Source: Eledone cirrhosa (lineage: Eukaryota). From it: a stretch of DNA of 64,000 nt. The notes beneath the pieces are model-generated. The model had not been told where the DNA came from, searched no databases, and saw only the letters and a list, made by a program, of their open reading frames with translations. The stretch is taken from assembly GCA_964016885.1 (NCBI GenBank), contig OZ024741.1, forward strand, positions 144,150,001-144,214,000, read 5' to 3'. A program made the translations under genes and the position numbers. Each line of letters starts with the position of its first letter. Position 1 is the stretch's first letter. Positions 48,613 through 62,209 of the stretch are shown in pieces.

Positions 48613-51600
48613 CATGGGAGAAGAAATGTATATATTGGAGAGCTGGGGGAAGAGGTGTATATATTGTAGAGCTGGGGGAAGAGGTGTATATATTGTAGAG
48701 CTGGGGGAAGAGGTGTATATATTGGAGAGCTGGGGGAAGGGATGTATATATTGGAGAGCTGGGGGGAAGAGGTGTATATATTGGAGAGCTGGGGGAAGGG
48801 ATGTATATATTGTAGAGCTGGGGGAAGGGATGTATATATTGTAGAGATGGGAAAAGAGGTGTATATATTGGAGAGCTGGGGGAAGAGGTGTATATATTGT
48901 AGAGCTGGGGGAAGGGATGTATATATTGGAGAGCTGGGGGAAGAGGTGTATATATTGTAGAGCTGGGGGAAGGGATGTATATATTGGAGAGCTGGGGGAA
49001 GAGGTGTATATATTGTAGAGCTGGGGGAAGAGGTGTATATATTGGAGAGCTGGGGGAAGGATGTATATATTGTAGAGCTGGGGGAAGAGGTGTATATATT
49101 GTAGAGCTGGGAGAAGAGGTGTATATATTGTAGAGCTGGGAGAAGGATGTATATATTGTAGAGATGGGAAAAGAGGTGTATATATTGTAGAGCTGGGAGA
49201 AGGGATGTATATATTGTAGAGCTGGGAGAAGGATGTATATATTGTAGAGCTGGGGGAAGAGGTGTATATATTGTAGAGCTGGGGGAATAGGTGTATATAT
49301 TGTAGAGCTGGGAGAAGGATGTATATATTGTAGAGCTGGGGGAAGGGATGTATATATTGTAGAGCTGGGGGAAGAGGTGTATATATTGGAGAGCTGGGGG
49401 AAGAGGTGTATATATTGTAGAGCTGGGAGAAGAGGTGTATATATTGGAGAGCTGGGAGAAGAGGTGTATATATTGTAGAGCTGGGAGAAGAGGTGTATAT
49501 ATTGGAGAGCTGGGAGAAGAGGTGTATATATTGTAGAGCTGGGAGAAGAGGTGTATATATTGGAGAGCTGGGAGAAGAGGTGTATATATTGCAGAGCTAG
49601 GGGAAGGGATGTATATATTGTAGAGCTGGGAGAAGAGGTGTATATATTGGAGAGCTGGGAGAAGAGGTGTATATATTGTAGAGCTGGGGGAAGGGATGTA
49701 TATATTGTAGAGCTGGGAGAAGAGGTGTATATATTGGAGAGCTGGGAGAAGAGGTGTATATATTGTAGAGCTGGGAGAAGAGGTGTATATATTGGAGAGC
49801 TGGGGGAAGGGATGTATATATTGTAGAGGTGGGAGAAGAGGTGTATATATTGGAGAGCTGGGAGAAGGATGTATATATTGTAGAGCTGGGGGAAGAGGTG
49901 TATATATTGTAGAGCTGGGAGAAGAGATGTATATATTGTAGAGCTGAGAGAAGGGATGTATATATTGTAGAGATGGGAGAAGAGGTGTATATATTGCAAA
50001 GCTGGGAGAAGAGATGTATATATTGTAGAGATGGGAGAAGAGATGTATATATTGTAGAGCTGAGAGAAGGGATGTATATATTGTAGAGATGGGAGAAGAG
50101 GTGTATATATTGTAGAGATGGGAGAAGGGTGTGTATATATTGTAGAGATGGGAGAAGAGGTGTATATATTGTAGAGCTGGGAGAAGAGGTGTATATATTG
50201 TAGAGCTGGGAGAAGGATGTATATATTGTAGAGCTGAGGGAAGAGGTGTATATATTGTAGAGCTGGGAGAAGAGGTGTATATATTGGAGAGCTGGGGGAA
50301 GGGACGTATATATTGTAGAGCTGGGAGAAGAGGTGTATATATTGTAGAGCTGGGAGAAGAGGTGTATATATTGGAGAGCTGGGGGAAGGGATGTATATAT
50401 TGTAGAGCTGGGAGAAGAGGTGTATATATTGGAGAGCTGGGGGAAGGGATGTATATATTGTAGAGCTGGGAGAAGAGGTGTATATATTGGAGAGCTGGGG
50501 GAAGGGATGTATATATTGTAGAGCTGGGAGAAGAGGTGTATATATTGTAGAGCTGGGAGAAGAGGTGTATATATTGTAGAGCTGGGAGAAGAGGTGTATA
50601 TATTGGAGAGCTGGGAGAAGAGGTGTATATATTGTAGAGCTGGGAGAAGAGGTGTATATATTGTAGAGATGGGAGAAGAGGTGTATATATTGTAGAGCTG
50701 GGGGAAGGGATGTATATATTGTAGAGCTGGGGGAAGAGGTGTATATATTGTAGAGCTGGGGGAAGAGGTGTATATATTGTAGAGCTGGGAGAAGAGGTGT
50801 ATATATTGGAGAGCTGGGAGAAGAGGTGTATATATTGTAGAGCTGGGAGAAGAGGTGTATATATTGGAGAGCTGGGAGAAGAGGTGTATATATTGTAGAG
50901 CTGGGGGAAGGGATGTATATATTGTAGAGCTGGGAGAAGAGGTGTATATATTGTAGAGCTGGGGGAAGGGATGTATATATTGTAGAGCTGGGAGAAGGAT
51001 ATATATATTGGAGAGCTGGGAGAAGAGGTGTATATATTGTAGAGCTGGGAGAAGAGGTGTATGTATTGGAGAGCTGGGAGAAGAGGTGTATATATTGTAG
51101 AGCTGGGAGAAGAGGTGTATATATTGGAGAGCTGGGGGAAGGGATGTATATATTGTAGAGCTGGGAGAAGAGGTGTATATATTGGAGAGCTGGGGGAAGG
51201 GACGTATATATTGTAGAGCTGGGAGAAGAGGTGTATATATTGTAGAGCTGGGAGAAGAGGTGTATATATTGGAGAGCTGGGGGAAGGGATGTATATATTG
51301 TAGAGCTGGGAGAAGAGGTGTATATATTGGAGAGCTGGGAGAAGGGATGTATATATTGTAGAGCTGGGAGAAGAGGTGTATATATTGGAGAGCTGGGGGA
51401 AGGGATGTATATATTGTAGAGCTGGGAGAAGAGGTGTATATATTGTAGAGCTGGGAGAAGAGGTGTATATATTGGAGAGCTGGGAGAAGAGGTGTATATA
51501 TTGTAGAGCTGGGAGAAGAGGTGTATATATTGGAGAGCTGGGGGAAGGGATGTATATATTGTAGAGCTGGGAGAAGAGGTGTATATATTGGAGAGCTGGG

Positions 51601-53279
51601 GGAAGGGATGTATATATTGTAGAGCTGGGAGAAGGATGTATATATTGTAGAGCTGGGAGAAGGATGTATATATTGTAGAGCTGGGGGAAGAGGTGTATAT
51701 ATTGTAGAGCTGGGAGAAGAGATGTATATATTGTAGAGCTGAGAGAAGGGATGTATATATTGTAGAGATGGGAGAAGAGGTGTATATATTGTAGAGCTGG
51801 GAGAAGAGATGTATATATTGTAGAGCTGGGAGAAGAGATGTATATATTGTAGAGCTGAGAGAAGGGATGTATATATTGTAGAGATGGGAGAAGAGGTGTA
51901 TATATTGTAGAGATAGGAGAAGGGTGTGTATATATTGTAGAGATGGGAGAAGAGGTGTATATATTGTAGAGCTGGAAGAAGGATGTATATATTGTAGAGC
52001 TGAGGGAAGAGGTGTATATATTGTAGAGCTGGGAGAAGAGGTGTATATATTGGAGAGCTGGGGGAAGGGACGTATATATTGTAGAGCTGGGAGAAGAGGT
52101 GTATATATTGTAGAGCTGGGAGAAGAGGTGTATATATTGGAGAGCTGGGGGAAGAGATGTATATATTGTAGAGCTGGGAGAAGAGGTGTATATATTGGAG
52201 AGCTGGGGGAAGGGATGTATATATTGTAGAGCTGGGAGAAGAGGTGTATATATTGGAGAGCTGGGGGAAGGGATGTATATATTGTAGAGCTGGGAGAAGA
52301 GGTGTATATATTGTAGAGCTGGGAGAAGAGGTGTATATATTGTAGAGCTGGGGAGAAGAGGTGTATATATTGGAGAGCTGGGAGAAGAGGTGTATATATT
52401 GTAGAGCTGGGAGAAGAGGTGTATATATTGGAGAGCTGGGAGAAGAGGTGTATATATTGTAGAGCTGGGGGAAGGGATGTATATATTGTAGAGCTGGGAG
52501 AAGAGGTGTATATATTGTAGAGCTGGGGGAAGGGATGTATATATTGTAGAGCTGGGAGAAGGATATATATATTGGAGAGCTGGGAGAAGAGGTGTATATA
52601 TTGTAGAGCTGGGAGAAGAGGTGTATGTATTGGAGAGCTGGGAGAAGAGGTGTATATATTGTAGAGCTGGGAGAAGAGGTGTATATATTGGAGAGCTGGG
52701 GGAAGGGATGTATATATTGTAGAGCTGGGAGAAGAGGTGTATATATTGGAGAGCTGGGGGAAGGGACGTATATATTGTAGAGCTGGGAGAAGAGGTGTAT
52801 ATATTGTAGAGCTGGGAGAAGAGGTGTATATATTGGAGAGCTGGGGGAAGGGATGTATATATTGTAGAGCTGGGAGAAGAGGTGTATATATTGGAGAGCT
52901 GGGAGAAGGGATGTATATATTGTAGAGCTGGGAGAAGAGGTGTATATATTGGAGAGCTGGGGGAAGGGATGTATATATTGTAGAGCTGGGAGAAGAGGTG
53001 TATATATTGTAGAGCTGGGAGAAGAGGTGTATATATTGTAGAGCTGGGAGAAGAGGTGTATATATTGTAGAGCTGGGAGAAGAGGTGTATATATTGTAGA
53101 GCTGGGAGAAGAGGTGTATATATTGGAGAGCTGGGAGAAGAGGTGTATATATTGTAGAGCTGGGAGAAGAGGTGTATATATTGGAGAGCTGGGGGAAGGG
53201 ATGTATATATTGTAGAGCTGGGAGAAGAGGTTATATATATTGGAGAGCTGCTAGAAGAGGGTGTATATATTACAAAGCT
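48613..53279. repeat. 29-bp tandem satellite (~160 units), consensus GAGCTGGGAGAAGAGGTGTATATATTGTA
   Basis: Direct inspection; variant units recur at a 1564-bp offset. Confidence 0.97.
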
Positions 53280-53782
53280 AATCTATATTGTTGAATACCC
53301 AACGGCCTGTCTAGTGTCTGATCGATCAAAGCAGATCTGTGATTGTATCAAAGTCCTTTCACAAAACACAAAAGCAGTTAAATAATCCTCATCCTTCAAA
53401 GAAACAAATAATTATAATGAAGTAATCGTGTTTAAAGAGTTCTAGCTTTTAATCTATATAAAAGATACAAACGGAAATAACATTTTAAGGAGACAATTAA
53501 TAAAAGTTAAAAAACAACAACATAGAATCAAAAGCAAGCCATCCCATCTCAGACGTAGACACAACCCATTGAAGCAAGAGGAAATAACCCAATAGTTTTG
53601 ACTTCGAATAAAAATCACATTTAATTCTTGATAATCGTCACTTTATTTTTATATGTCCTGTAAACATATTTTAAGTATTAAAACATGCAAGCTTTTAAGC
53701 CTAATGATCTTTAAAATTTGGAAATGATGCATAGTCAAACAAGACTTTTATTGTACACGCGTATATGTAGGCACAAACACAG

Positions 53783-53934
<152 letters not shown>

Positions 53935-54394
53935 GTATAATATGGAGCTAACCGACCAGAGATGTGCAAACTACGTTTTAGTCGGTCGGTTGTGATGCAG
54001 ATAAAATGAATTGTTCAACGACATGTATAAATGGTATATATTATAGAGTATTAAATAGATAGAAGGCCATATGCAGGTTTATTTTTATATCCATGATACA
54101 TATTTTGCTGAGGTCTACGGCTAAATAGCTTTCTTCTTACCCATTCCGATAGCCTGACCTCGCCAGATGGTATAAAAAAACCCCTTGAAAATTATTTCAC
54201 ACAATTTAAAAACTTAAACATATTTCATCAATTGAAACAGCCTGTAAACTCCTACTTTAGCACACAAAAATCAGCCTGAGTGCAAAAATCCATGTCTAAG
54301 CTGTTACAGTACTGTCTCAAATTCCGTTGAGAATCCGATGATCATTGATTAATAATAAATCCATAACATGCAAAACATATACAGGGGCATCATA

Positions 54395-54470
<76 letters not shown>

Positions 54471-54674
54471 GATATAGGCCGAACCAGACAGGAAAAGACT
54501 TACCGAATCTTTTTCTGTCTGATGAAACGACAACATGGTGGGGATGGTGGGAACGGTAGAGTTTCGAGTTACTGAATCAAATATGTGTTACGTAGTATTA
54601 TGATTCTGAGAGCTTTTCTCCCTTTCGTTAAAGCCTAAACACACACATACACACATAAACACCAACTATATAAG

Positions 54675-54706
<32 letters not shown>

Positions 54707-54720
54707 TATATATATATATA

Positions 54721-55371
54721 ATATAAAGGTTAACACATACATAAAGTTATAGATATATATATGTTGCAACTGTTCACTTTTAAGCTCTATGAAGAATGAA
54801 TAAATTAAAAAATCAGAGCATTATATCATAAATCATGTCTTTAGAATCATCAGATAATAAAATATATACTATTTCTTCTTCTAATTAGCATAATTAACCA
54901 TATAAAAAATCAATCAGAACAAGCTATAAGAATAAATGCTCTTATGGGGAAATCTCCGACAAATAACCGAACGTAGCCTCTTCGCGGCGGCCCCAGTCGA
55001 GTATTTATCCAACATTTCGACAGCATGTAGAAACTGACTAAATATACCATCAACCATACACAATTAGTTGTAAAATTAAACTTAGAAGAAATGCGCACAT
55101 ACCGTAATTATATCTCTACCATGGTTTCTTCCTTATTTTGGACATCCAAATAATAGGAATGTCCTGAGTTAGGATTCATCAGGAGACAAACTCAAAATCA
55201 GACATCTAGTTTTTCAATCCGATCCCGCCAAAATTAGATTAAAAAATGGCTAAAAATCGCTATGTGGCTGTGTTCAAGCCAGAGAGAAAGAATGTGATTG
55301 GTTGCTTACGGCAGGTAGGCTTGCTTCTAGAAAGCGCAGCCAAATATCGCCAAATTTAATCTCAACCTATT
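54721..55371 (-). mobile_element. Family H2 copy: about one circularly permuted monomer
   Basis: Reverse complement starts at the equivalent of ~46099, runs through the hammerhead and unit junction, and ends at the equivalent of ~46083. Confidence 0.8.
55112..55187 (-). ncRNA. Type I hammerhead ribozyme (H2)
   Basis: gtctc-CTGATGA-atcct..ggacat..atgtcc..aggaa-GAAA-ccatgg-TA-gagat. Confidence 0.8.
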
Positions 55372-55469
55372 GTTCGAATTACGAACTGGCGCTATTCAAA
55401 ATTGTTCCCGAGATGAGAATGAATGATGTGGAAGAAGCAATTCTGTCCAGTGCCATATGTATATATTAT

Positions 55470-55523
<54 letters not shown>

Positions 55524-55625
55524 CGTGTTTGTGTGCATGTATAACTATGTATGTTTGTGTGCATCTATAACTATGTATATATATACATATATATAAGATC
55601 AAAAGATGGTTAAAAGAGTTCCATG

Positions 55626-55696
55626 TATTTTATTATGCGCATTTCAAAAACAAATATCATCATGCACTAACATTTGCGTTTTCGTCAGATAAAATA
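55626..55696 (-). ncRNA. Type I hammerhead ribozyme (H3, CTGACGA core)
   Basis: tattttat-CTGACGA-aaac..tttt-GAAA-tgcgca-TA-ataaaata. Confidence 0.82.
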
Positions 55697-55754
55697 TGTT
55701 GATTTAAAACTGCACTATTCACAAGTGTTTTTTAACCTTCATATCATGTCTCCC

Positions 55755-55825
55755 TATTTTATCTGATGAAAACGCAAATGTTATTGCATGATGATATTTG
55801 TTTTTGAAATGCGCATAATAAAATA
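55755..55825 (+). ncRNA. Type I hammerhead ribozyme (H3, CTGATGA core)
   Basis: 8-bp stem I, long stem II, palindromic stem III atgcgcat, UA cleavage site at 55816-55817. Confidence 0.85.
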
Positions 55826-55949
55826 CATGAAACTCTTTTAACCATCTTTTGATCTCATATATTATTTATACTCCAGTCCTATAAACTGTAGAGTGCTACT
55901 TATCCGATATCTGCATTGCTTTATTGTACTACAATAAAACTCACCTCCT

Positions 55950-56024
<75 letters not shown>

Positions 56025-56229
56025 CATGAACCAATAACACACACATGTGTGCGCGTGTGCATATGTATATTAGTGTGTATCCATTCCAAAGCATAGCAGA
56101 CGGTCTTGTTCACAAATTAGCAACATTTAACATCACTGTAGAATTAATTGCAATGTCTACAGAACAGAACAGGATAACGAATTGAGAAGACATCGATTTC
56201 ATTTTTAGTAGCGTCCATTAGGAACCCTG

Positions 56230-56696
56230 TTCCTGTTGTTGTTGGTGTTTTAAGGTTATAGTGGTGGTGGTGATGGTTTTGTTGTTGTTATTGGTGGTGT
56301 TTTAATGGTTATGGTGGTGGTGGTGGTGGTGGTGGTGGTTATGGTGGTGGTGGTAATGGTTCTGTTGTTGTTATTGGTGGTGTTTTAATGGTTATGGTGG
56401 TGGTGGTAGTGGTGATGGATCTGTTGTTGTTGTTGATGGTGTTCTAATGGTTATGGTGGTGGTGGTGGTGGTGGTGGTGGTTATGGTGGTGGTGGTTATG
56501 GTGGTGGTGGTAATGGTTCTGTTGTTGTTATTGGTGGTGTTTTAATGGTTATGGTGGTGGTGGTGGTGGTGGTTATGGTGGTGGTGGTAATGGTTCTGTT
56601 GTTGTTATTGGTGGTGTTTTAATGGTTATTATTGTGGTGGTGGTGGTTCTGTTATTGTTGTTGTTGGTGTTTTAATTGTGGTGGTGGTGGTGGTGG
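56230..56696. repeat. (GGT)/(GTT) minisatellite with a higher-order ~55-70-bp unit
   Basis: Recurrent ggttctgttgttgttattggtggtgttttaatggttat. Confidence 0.9.
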
Positions 56697-57379
56697 TGAA
56701 CAAACGAGCAACGGTGGTTGCTAGACACTACGGCTTAATACGGGTTGTTTGTTTACAAACACACCGAGCATTATAATAAATGTTTGGTGAATCCATACGT
56801 ACATATATATGTGTGTGCATGTATGTATATATATATACATACTACTGTACGTCTGTATACATATATGTATGTACGTATACATACTTATATTTAAGTAACA
56901 GCCGTACTAAGAGTGGGAAATGAAATTTCGTTTCATTTTTTCCGTTTATCGTTTTCGGTGCTCCCGGCCGATTAACCCACTCGATATGCAAATTGGGCTA
57001 CTCAGCCGTTAATATGCATAAGGTAAGTATATACTTTCGGACGTTCAACTATCTGGCAGGAAGGTATGCGTTGCTGACGATAGCTAACAAGCTTGAAACT
57101 AGTACAGCGTTCCTTTGTCAGTGTTGAACAAACGAGCAACGATGGTTGCTAGACACTACGGCTTAATACGGAATGTTTATTTACAAACACACCGAGCATT
57201 ATAATAAATGTTTGGTGAATCCATACGTACATATATATATGTGTGTGCATGTATGTATATATATATACATACTACTGTACGTCTGTATACATATATGTAT
57301 GTACGTATACATACTTATATTTAAGTAACAGCCGTACTAAGAGTGGGAAATGAAATTTCGTTTCATTTTTTCCGTTTAT
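56697..57379 (+). mobile_element. Hammerhead-bearing repeat family H4: 1.6 tandem units of 428 nt
   Basis: Near-identical ~253-bp direct repeats 56697-56949 and 57125-57379, with a hammerhead just upstream of the second. Confidence 0.85.
57068..57110 (+). ncRNA. Minimal type I hammerhead ribozyme (H4)
   Basis: cgttg-CTGACGA-t-agct-aaca-agct-t-GAAA-ctag-TA-cagcg. Confidence 0.82.
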
Positions 57380-57683
57380 ATATATATATATATAAATACA
57401 ATATCGGAGAAAGCTTTTTAGCGATACTCCGGCCAAATTCCAACTCACTCAACAAACATTAGGAAATAAGTGATTATATTCCCAATTATGTGTTCGGGGT
57501 GCTAACTAAAAGTATTGCGTGGAAAATTGGCTGTATTATTTCAAATGAGATATATCTAATATATCTCTTCCCGTTATATATATATATATATATATATATA
57601 TAACGAAGGAGGTGTGGTAAGGAACCAGATGGACCATAACGCACCAGATTACTCAATACTTAGGGTAGTAGAGTGGGCAATAG

Positions 57684-57782
57684 GAAAAAGTTTGACCCCG
57701 ACGGCAGAGCTCAAGCCGTTACGACGGCTATTTCTGAAATAGCCGTCGAAACGGCTTGAGCTCTGCCGTCAGGGTCAAACTT

Positions 57783-57786
<4 letters not shown>
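57684..57786. repeat. ~103-bp near-perfect palindrome (family P)
   Basis: gaaaaagtttgaccccgacggcagagctcaagccg...cggcttgagctctgccgtcagggtcaaactttttc. Confidence 0.92.
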
Positions 57787-57828
<42 letters not shown>

Positions 57829-58509
57829 CGGCGATGAATTTGTTTTGCGAGGTTTTTGATATGAAGTCGTGTGTCGAAACAAATATTGTTATACTTGGGG
57901 AGAGTCATATTGTTGTAATAATATTCCCAGAAACAATAACAGAACACACTCACTGTTTGGTTGGTTTTTGCTTCTGTATCTTTTATATCTCCACAGCTAA
58001 TTCATTTGCTCCTCAATGTTTATCATTGACTGACCAACGGTAAAAAATACAGATATAAACGTATATATATAATCTAACAAAGTTCTTTCGTTGCATATCT
58101 GCAACATCATCAGTGGTACTATTATGTTCCTCCTGTTGTATTGTATGTCTACGCCATTTTATTTTATCTGTTTATTTATTTATTTATTTATTTTTCTCTT
58201 CTCTGCCCATGCGTTTGTGTGTGTGTATAGTGTTTGGTGTGTGTGTTCGCGTTTGGGTGACTGTGTTTTTGTTATTGTATTCTATCTTAGTTTACTAGTG
58301 TGTTTGTTGTTATTGTGTTTGTGTATATATTTATTTATTCATTTATTTATATTTCTCTTAAGTCAGTATTGTTTGTTGGGGTGTTGTTATTCCATTCATT
58401 TTTTCTGTTTAGCTTTGGCCTTCTAAGCTCTATTTCGCTTGCCTCTTTGATTTGCCTACGGCTGAGTCATTTCTATGTTTAGATATTATTTTAATTTCTA
58501 TGTTGTCTA

Positions 58510-61100
58510 TGTTACCGTCTGCTAGTCAGGCGGTCATTTTTCTCAAGGAAAGTGATCAGTTTCTTTCTAATGATTCGCTCCATGACCTTACTGAGACTGA
58601 CCTATAGGTTTTGGCCTCCGCTCTGCTACCTCCTTTATGGATAGGGCATATTGTGCCTTCTTTCAGCTCCCCGGGTAGTCTACCGCTAGCCAACGAGCTT
58701 CTGAAGAGCGTCGTCAGTGGAGTTGCTAAGGCCTTTTACATGTTTTTAAGAGGACTGCTGGGAATCCATCAGGTTCAGCAGCTGAGTCTGTTCTAATTTC
58801 ACCTATGGCGTATACCACATCCTCCTCCGTTATGTCTATGTGGTTGATGGTCGCCATTTTTTCAAGGAGTGTTGTGACATCAAAGAAATTGTCTGGCTTT
58901 GTTATTTGCATGTGCCTCAGTGGACATGTGAACACACTTTTGTACTGTTCGTTCAGTATTTCACTTATCTCTTGGGGATTCTCGGTTAATGATCCGTCTT
59001 TATGGAAGAGTGGCCCAATCTTGCAGTTTACCGAGGCAGTCTCTTTTGCAAATTTAAAGAAGGCCTTACGGTTTGTTTTAATATTTTCTATGGCCCTGCT
59101 TTCTTTCTTTGCCCTCTCATTTTCATGGGAAAGTTTGAGTGCAATCTCGATGTCAAGTAGTGCACGTTTCAAATAGGATTCCTTCTTCATTTGTTTTTGT
59201 TTTCTTGCGCATTCAACTGGTTTGAGAGCTTAGTTCAACGTCTCATAAGGATTTTCCTATCTCTGGGACTAAGATTTTTGTGTCTGTTGGCCTTTTTCTC
59301 CAGGACAAACTTTTGGCATATAGTTTGTATCGTTGTCATGAAGTGTTGAAAATGTGTGTTGGTGTCTTGTGTGGCGATGTTGTCGGTCCATGTTTGCTTC
59401 CGGATTTCTCTCTTGATCTTTTTCCAGTTAGCCTCGTAGAAGTTAAGGCTGGATAAGGTCCCGGTGCTTCTTGATGGCTGTGTCTCTGCTGATTTTCTCG
59501 GACCACATATCATTAGTTCTACTAAGTTATGATCCGAGAAAATTGTTGGTGTCACCTTTACATTGTGGATGAGCACTGCATTGTTTGTAAAACAGATCTA
59601 GGACATTCTCGCCTCTTGTTGGGAGGAGTATTGCTTGTTCCATGAACAGCCTGTGTGTGAGGGCCAGCAGGGACTCCGTTTGTCTCTGTTCTAGTGATGT
59701 CATTCCAGGGAGGAGGCGGAGAAAGTTGAGACGCTGGTCGAGTTTGTCAAGGACCTCTTCTATCCTACTGAGGCTATTCTCAAATTTACCCTCATGACTG
59801 GGGGCATCAGGTGGCCGATATGTGACACATATTACTGTTTTTAGTTGCTTCATATGTTCTATCAGTGTGTCACAGACTGAGTTTGAATGTGTCAACAGTA
59901 CAATTGGTGTGACATCTTCACGGATATACATGAGTTCTCTCCTTCGTGTCCGAACGAAATACAGTACATTTTGGTATATGTATTTCCGCATCTGCTATAC
60001 TGCTTGTCGGGTGCGTTTCGGTTAGTGCCATGCATAATGCTTAATTACTTATGGCTAAGTTTCCCATATATATATATATATTGTATTTGGCTGAGAAATT
60101 AATTTCATTTCATTTTATTTTATTTGCATTGTGATCTAAGAAAATTTAGTATATTTGCCTTGAAGAAGTAATTATAAAAAAGAAAGGTGTATGTAATTTT
60201 TACATTGAAGCTGTAGAAATTACACCTATTTGCATTGAAGTGACAATTAATGGGAAATTTCCGCTGCTGATATTTTTGCCGATCTGACCTACTTAGAGGA
60301 AATTTAGCTTTTGTTTAGAGGTAATAAATAACAATTTTTAAAGGAATTTCTTCGTCTACTAATTTGACCGATACTTGACCGAAATGCCATGAGTAAAGTT
60401 AGTGATAAGGATAGTTGCTATGGGTGGAGGGATGGCTAATGTCATTGTTTTCTTTCTTTCCTGTTTGTTTCTGTCTTTGTTTCATCCCTTTTTTTGTGTT
60501 AGTTACACAAGATAGACGCATTCTTAAGAGACGGTCACTAATAGGTAGGTCTTGATTTTGTTAAATAAGTTTGCAAATCTGTTTGTGTAGTTGGTCTTAT
60601 TTTTACGAGTAGGTTTGTCTTTATATGATTTGCATTCGTGTGTGTATATTATACTGATTTGTATGTAAATAATTGTTTCTACTTTTGGCACAAGGCCAGC
60701 AATTACCCAGTGCATTACTGGTACTTTATTTTATCGACCCCATAAGGATGAAAGGCAAAGTTAACCTCGACGGGATTTGAACTCAGACCGTAAAGGGACG
60801 TAACTATGCTAGAAAGCATGGCGTCCAACCCTCTACCGATACTGTCAATTCACCGCAAATAATGATATTGAGGTTTATGCTTTTACGTCGCCTTTTGATA
60901 CTGTATTTCATTTTTTCATCTTGGATTCATTTCGCTTATTTCTTTAATGGCTTGGGTATTTTCTTCATTATTATTATTTTTTTAATGTAGTGTTGTAAAA
61001 CTAGACTTCCGGTGCGCAGCATTACGTAATCTAGGTGGATAGTTTGAGGGTTTAAAGTCGAGAGACAACGGGAGACGGGAGAACACGGCCTATTACGCAA
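58510..61100 (-). pseudogene. Decayed CR1/L2-group LINE (5' region, APE, start of RT; 3' part missing)
   Basis: YRPP, VLDL, SDHNL, AFFKFAK, ILNEQYKSVFT, AAEPDGFP, and CPIHKGGSRAEAKTYRSVS peptides across frameshifts. The 5' boundary is uncertain. Confidence 0.75.
60673..60856 (-). mobile_element. SINE S3 (same subfamily as 27731), possible aaataat TSD
   Basis: Close match to 27731-27910. Confidence 0.75.
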
Positions 61101-62173
61101 TGGAGTCGTAGTCACTGCAGATAATAATAACTTTGGCTTTATTATATAAAAACTACGGAATATGACATCTGCAGCTTGATAACATCTGTCTTACTCATTT
61201 GGTGGCTATTGCGGTCCGGTTACATATGCCGAGATTAGGAAGATGGGTGGATCTCAAAACTAATACAGTAGTGCAATAAAATGAAATGAAAACCATGAAT
61301 ATGAAAAAAAGCGTTTAAAGAGGCTATAGCATAGTGGGTATACATTCATATCTACACATATATACATATATACATATATATATATATACGTACACTCACA
61401 CATACATGCACATACTTATGAATAAAAACAGACCAAAAATGAGTATAGTATTTAGTGGCTAAGCGCTAGGACACGTGCTTGTTCCTGTACGAATTTGCAC
61501 AGATACGCATGCGCATACAGGGTTTGCAGCTCTGTACTTTTGAATTTCGGGGAATTGGCACAAGAACAATAGGAACTGCCATTGACTATTGAATACAGCA
61601 GGCAATAATTGCCACTGTCCAAACTCGAAAGTATCACCAAACTGGATGCCTAATCACTTGATGACCCTCAGCCTATCAAATTATACTTTAAACTCGAGCC
61701 ACTTTTCTGCAAAAACCTGAAAGAACATTCCCGAATTTTTGGCGCGAAATTAACAAAACTATTTTGATGCCTAATCACAGGATCTTCCTCAATCTATTAG
61801 ATTGTAGTTCAAACGCATAGCAATCTGAGCCACATTTTTTGGTATAAAACTGAAAGAAATTCCCTACAAGAGTTACATGCGAGTTAGAAGTCGGCATAGC
61901 CACACATCTCTCCACCTCTCTTGACTTTTGAAAATTATGAAACTTGTGAAACCGGTAAAGTCATAAATTATTAGAAATAAATCTTCTGAAGGATTCCAAT
62001 TATATTTTTAACTTCTTTTTTCTCTAATTTTACTCGTGTTTGACATAGCAGAAAACCTTACTTTCGAATATATATACAAGTATGCAAAAGGCAAAAAGAA
62101 ATAAGAAAGCTAACGACACAGTACAATGAAGAAATATATTATTAGTTTAACGCTTGATATAGTAGGAAAAGAG

Positions 62174-62209
62174 TCTTAACGTTTCGGACGCTAGTTTTTC
62201 ATCAGAAGA
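62174..62209 (-). ncRNA. Minimal hammerhead (H5), core intact, stem II damaged
   Basis: tctt-CTGATGA-aaaactagcgtcc-GAAA-cgtt-aaga. Confidence 0.55.

Larger units (their letters stand above)
55596..55855. repeat. ~100-bp inverted repeat pair, each arm a hammerhead (family H3)
   Basis: Arms 55596-55696 and 55755-55855 with a 58-bp spacer. Confidence 0.9.

Noticed and set aside
48575-49999. 474-aa ORF as a real gene
   Set aside because: Translation of the 29-bp satellite; unit length is not a multiple of 3 and there is no domain.
48613-53279. CRISPR-like array (29-bp repeats)
   Set aside because: Units are head-to-tail with no unique spacers, there are no cas genes, and the context is eukaryotic.
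61645-61865. Two diverged ~100-120-bp direct repeats, and 24-bp tandems at 62388-62460
   Set aside because: They look like ordinary local duplications, with no associated structure or coding signal.
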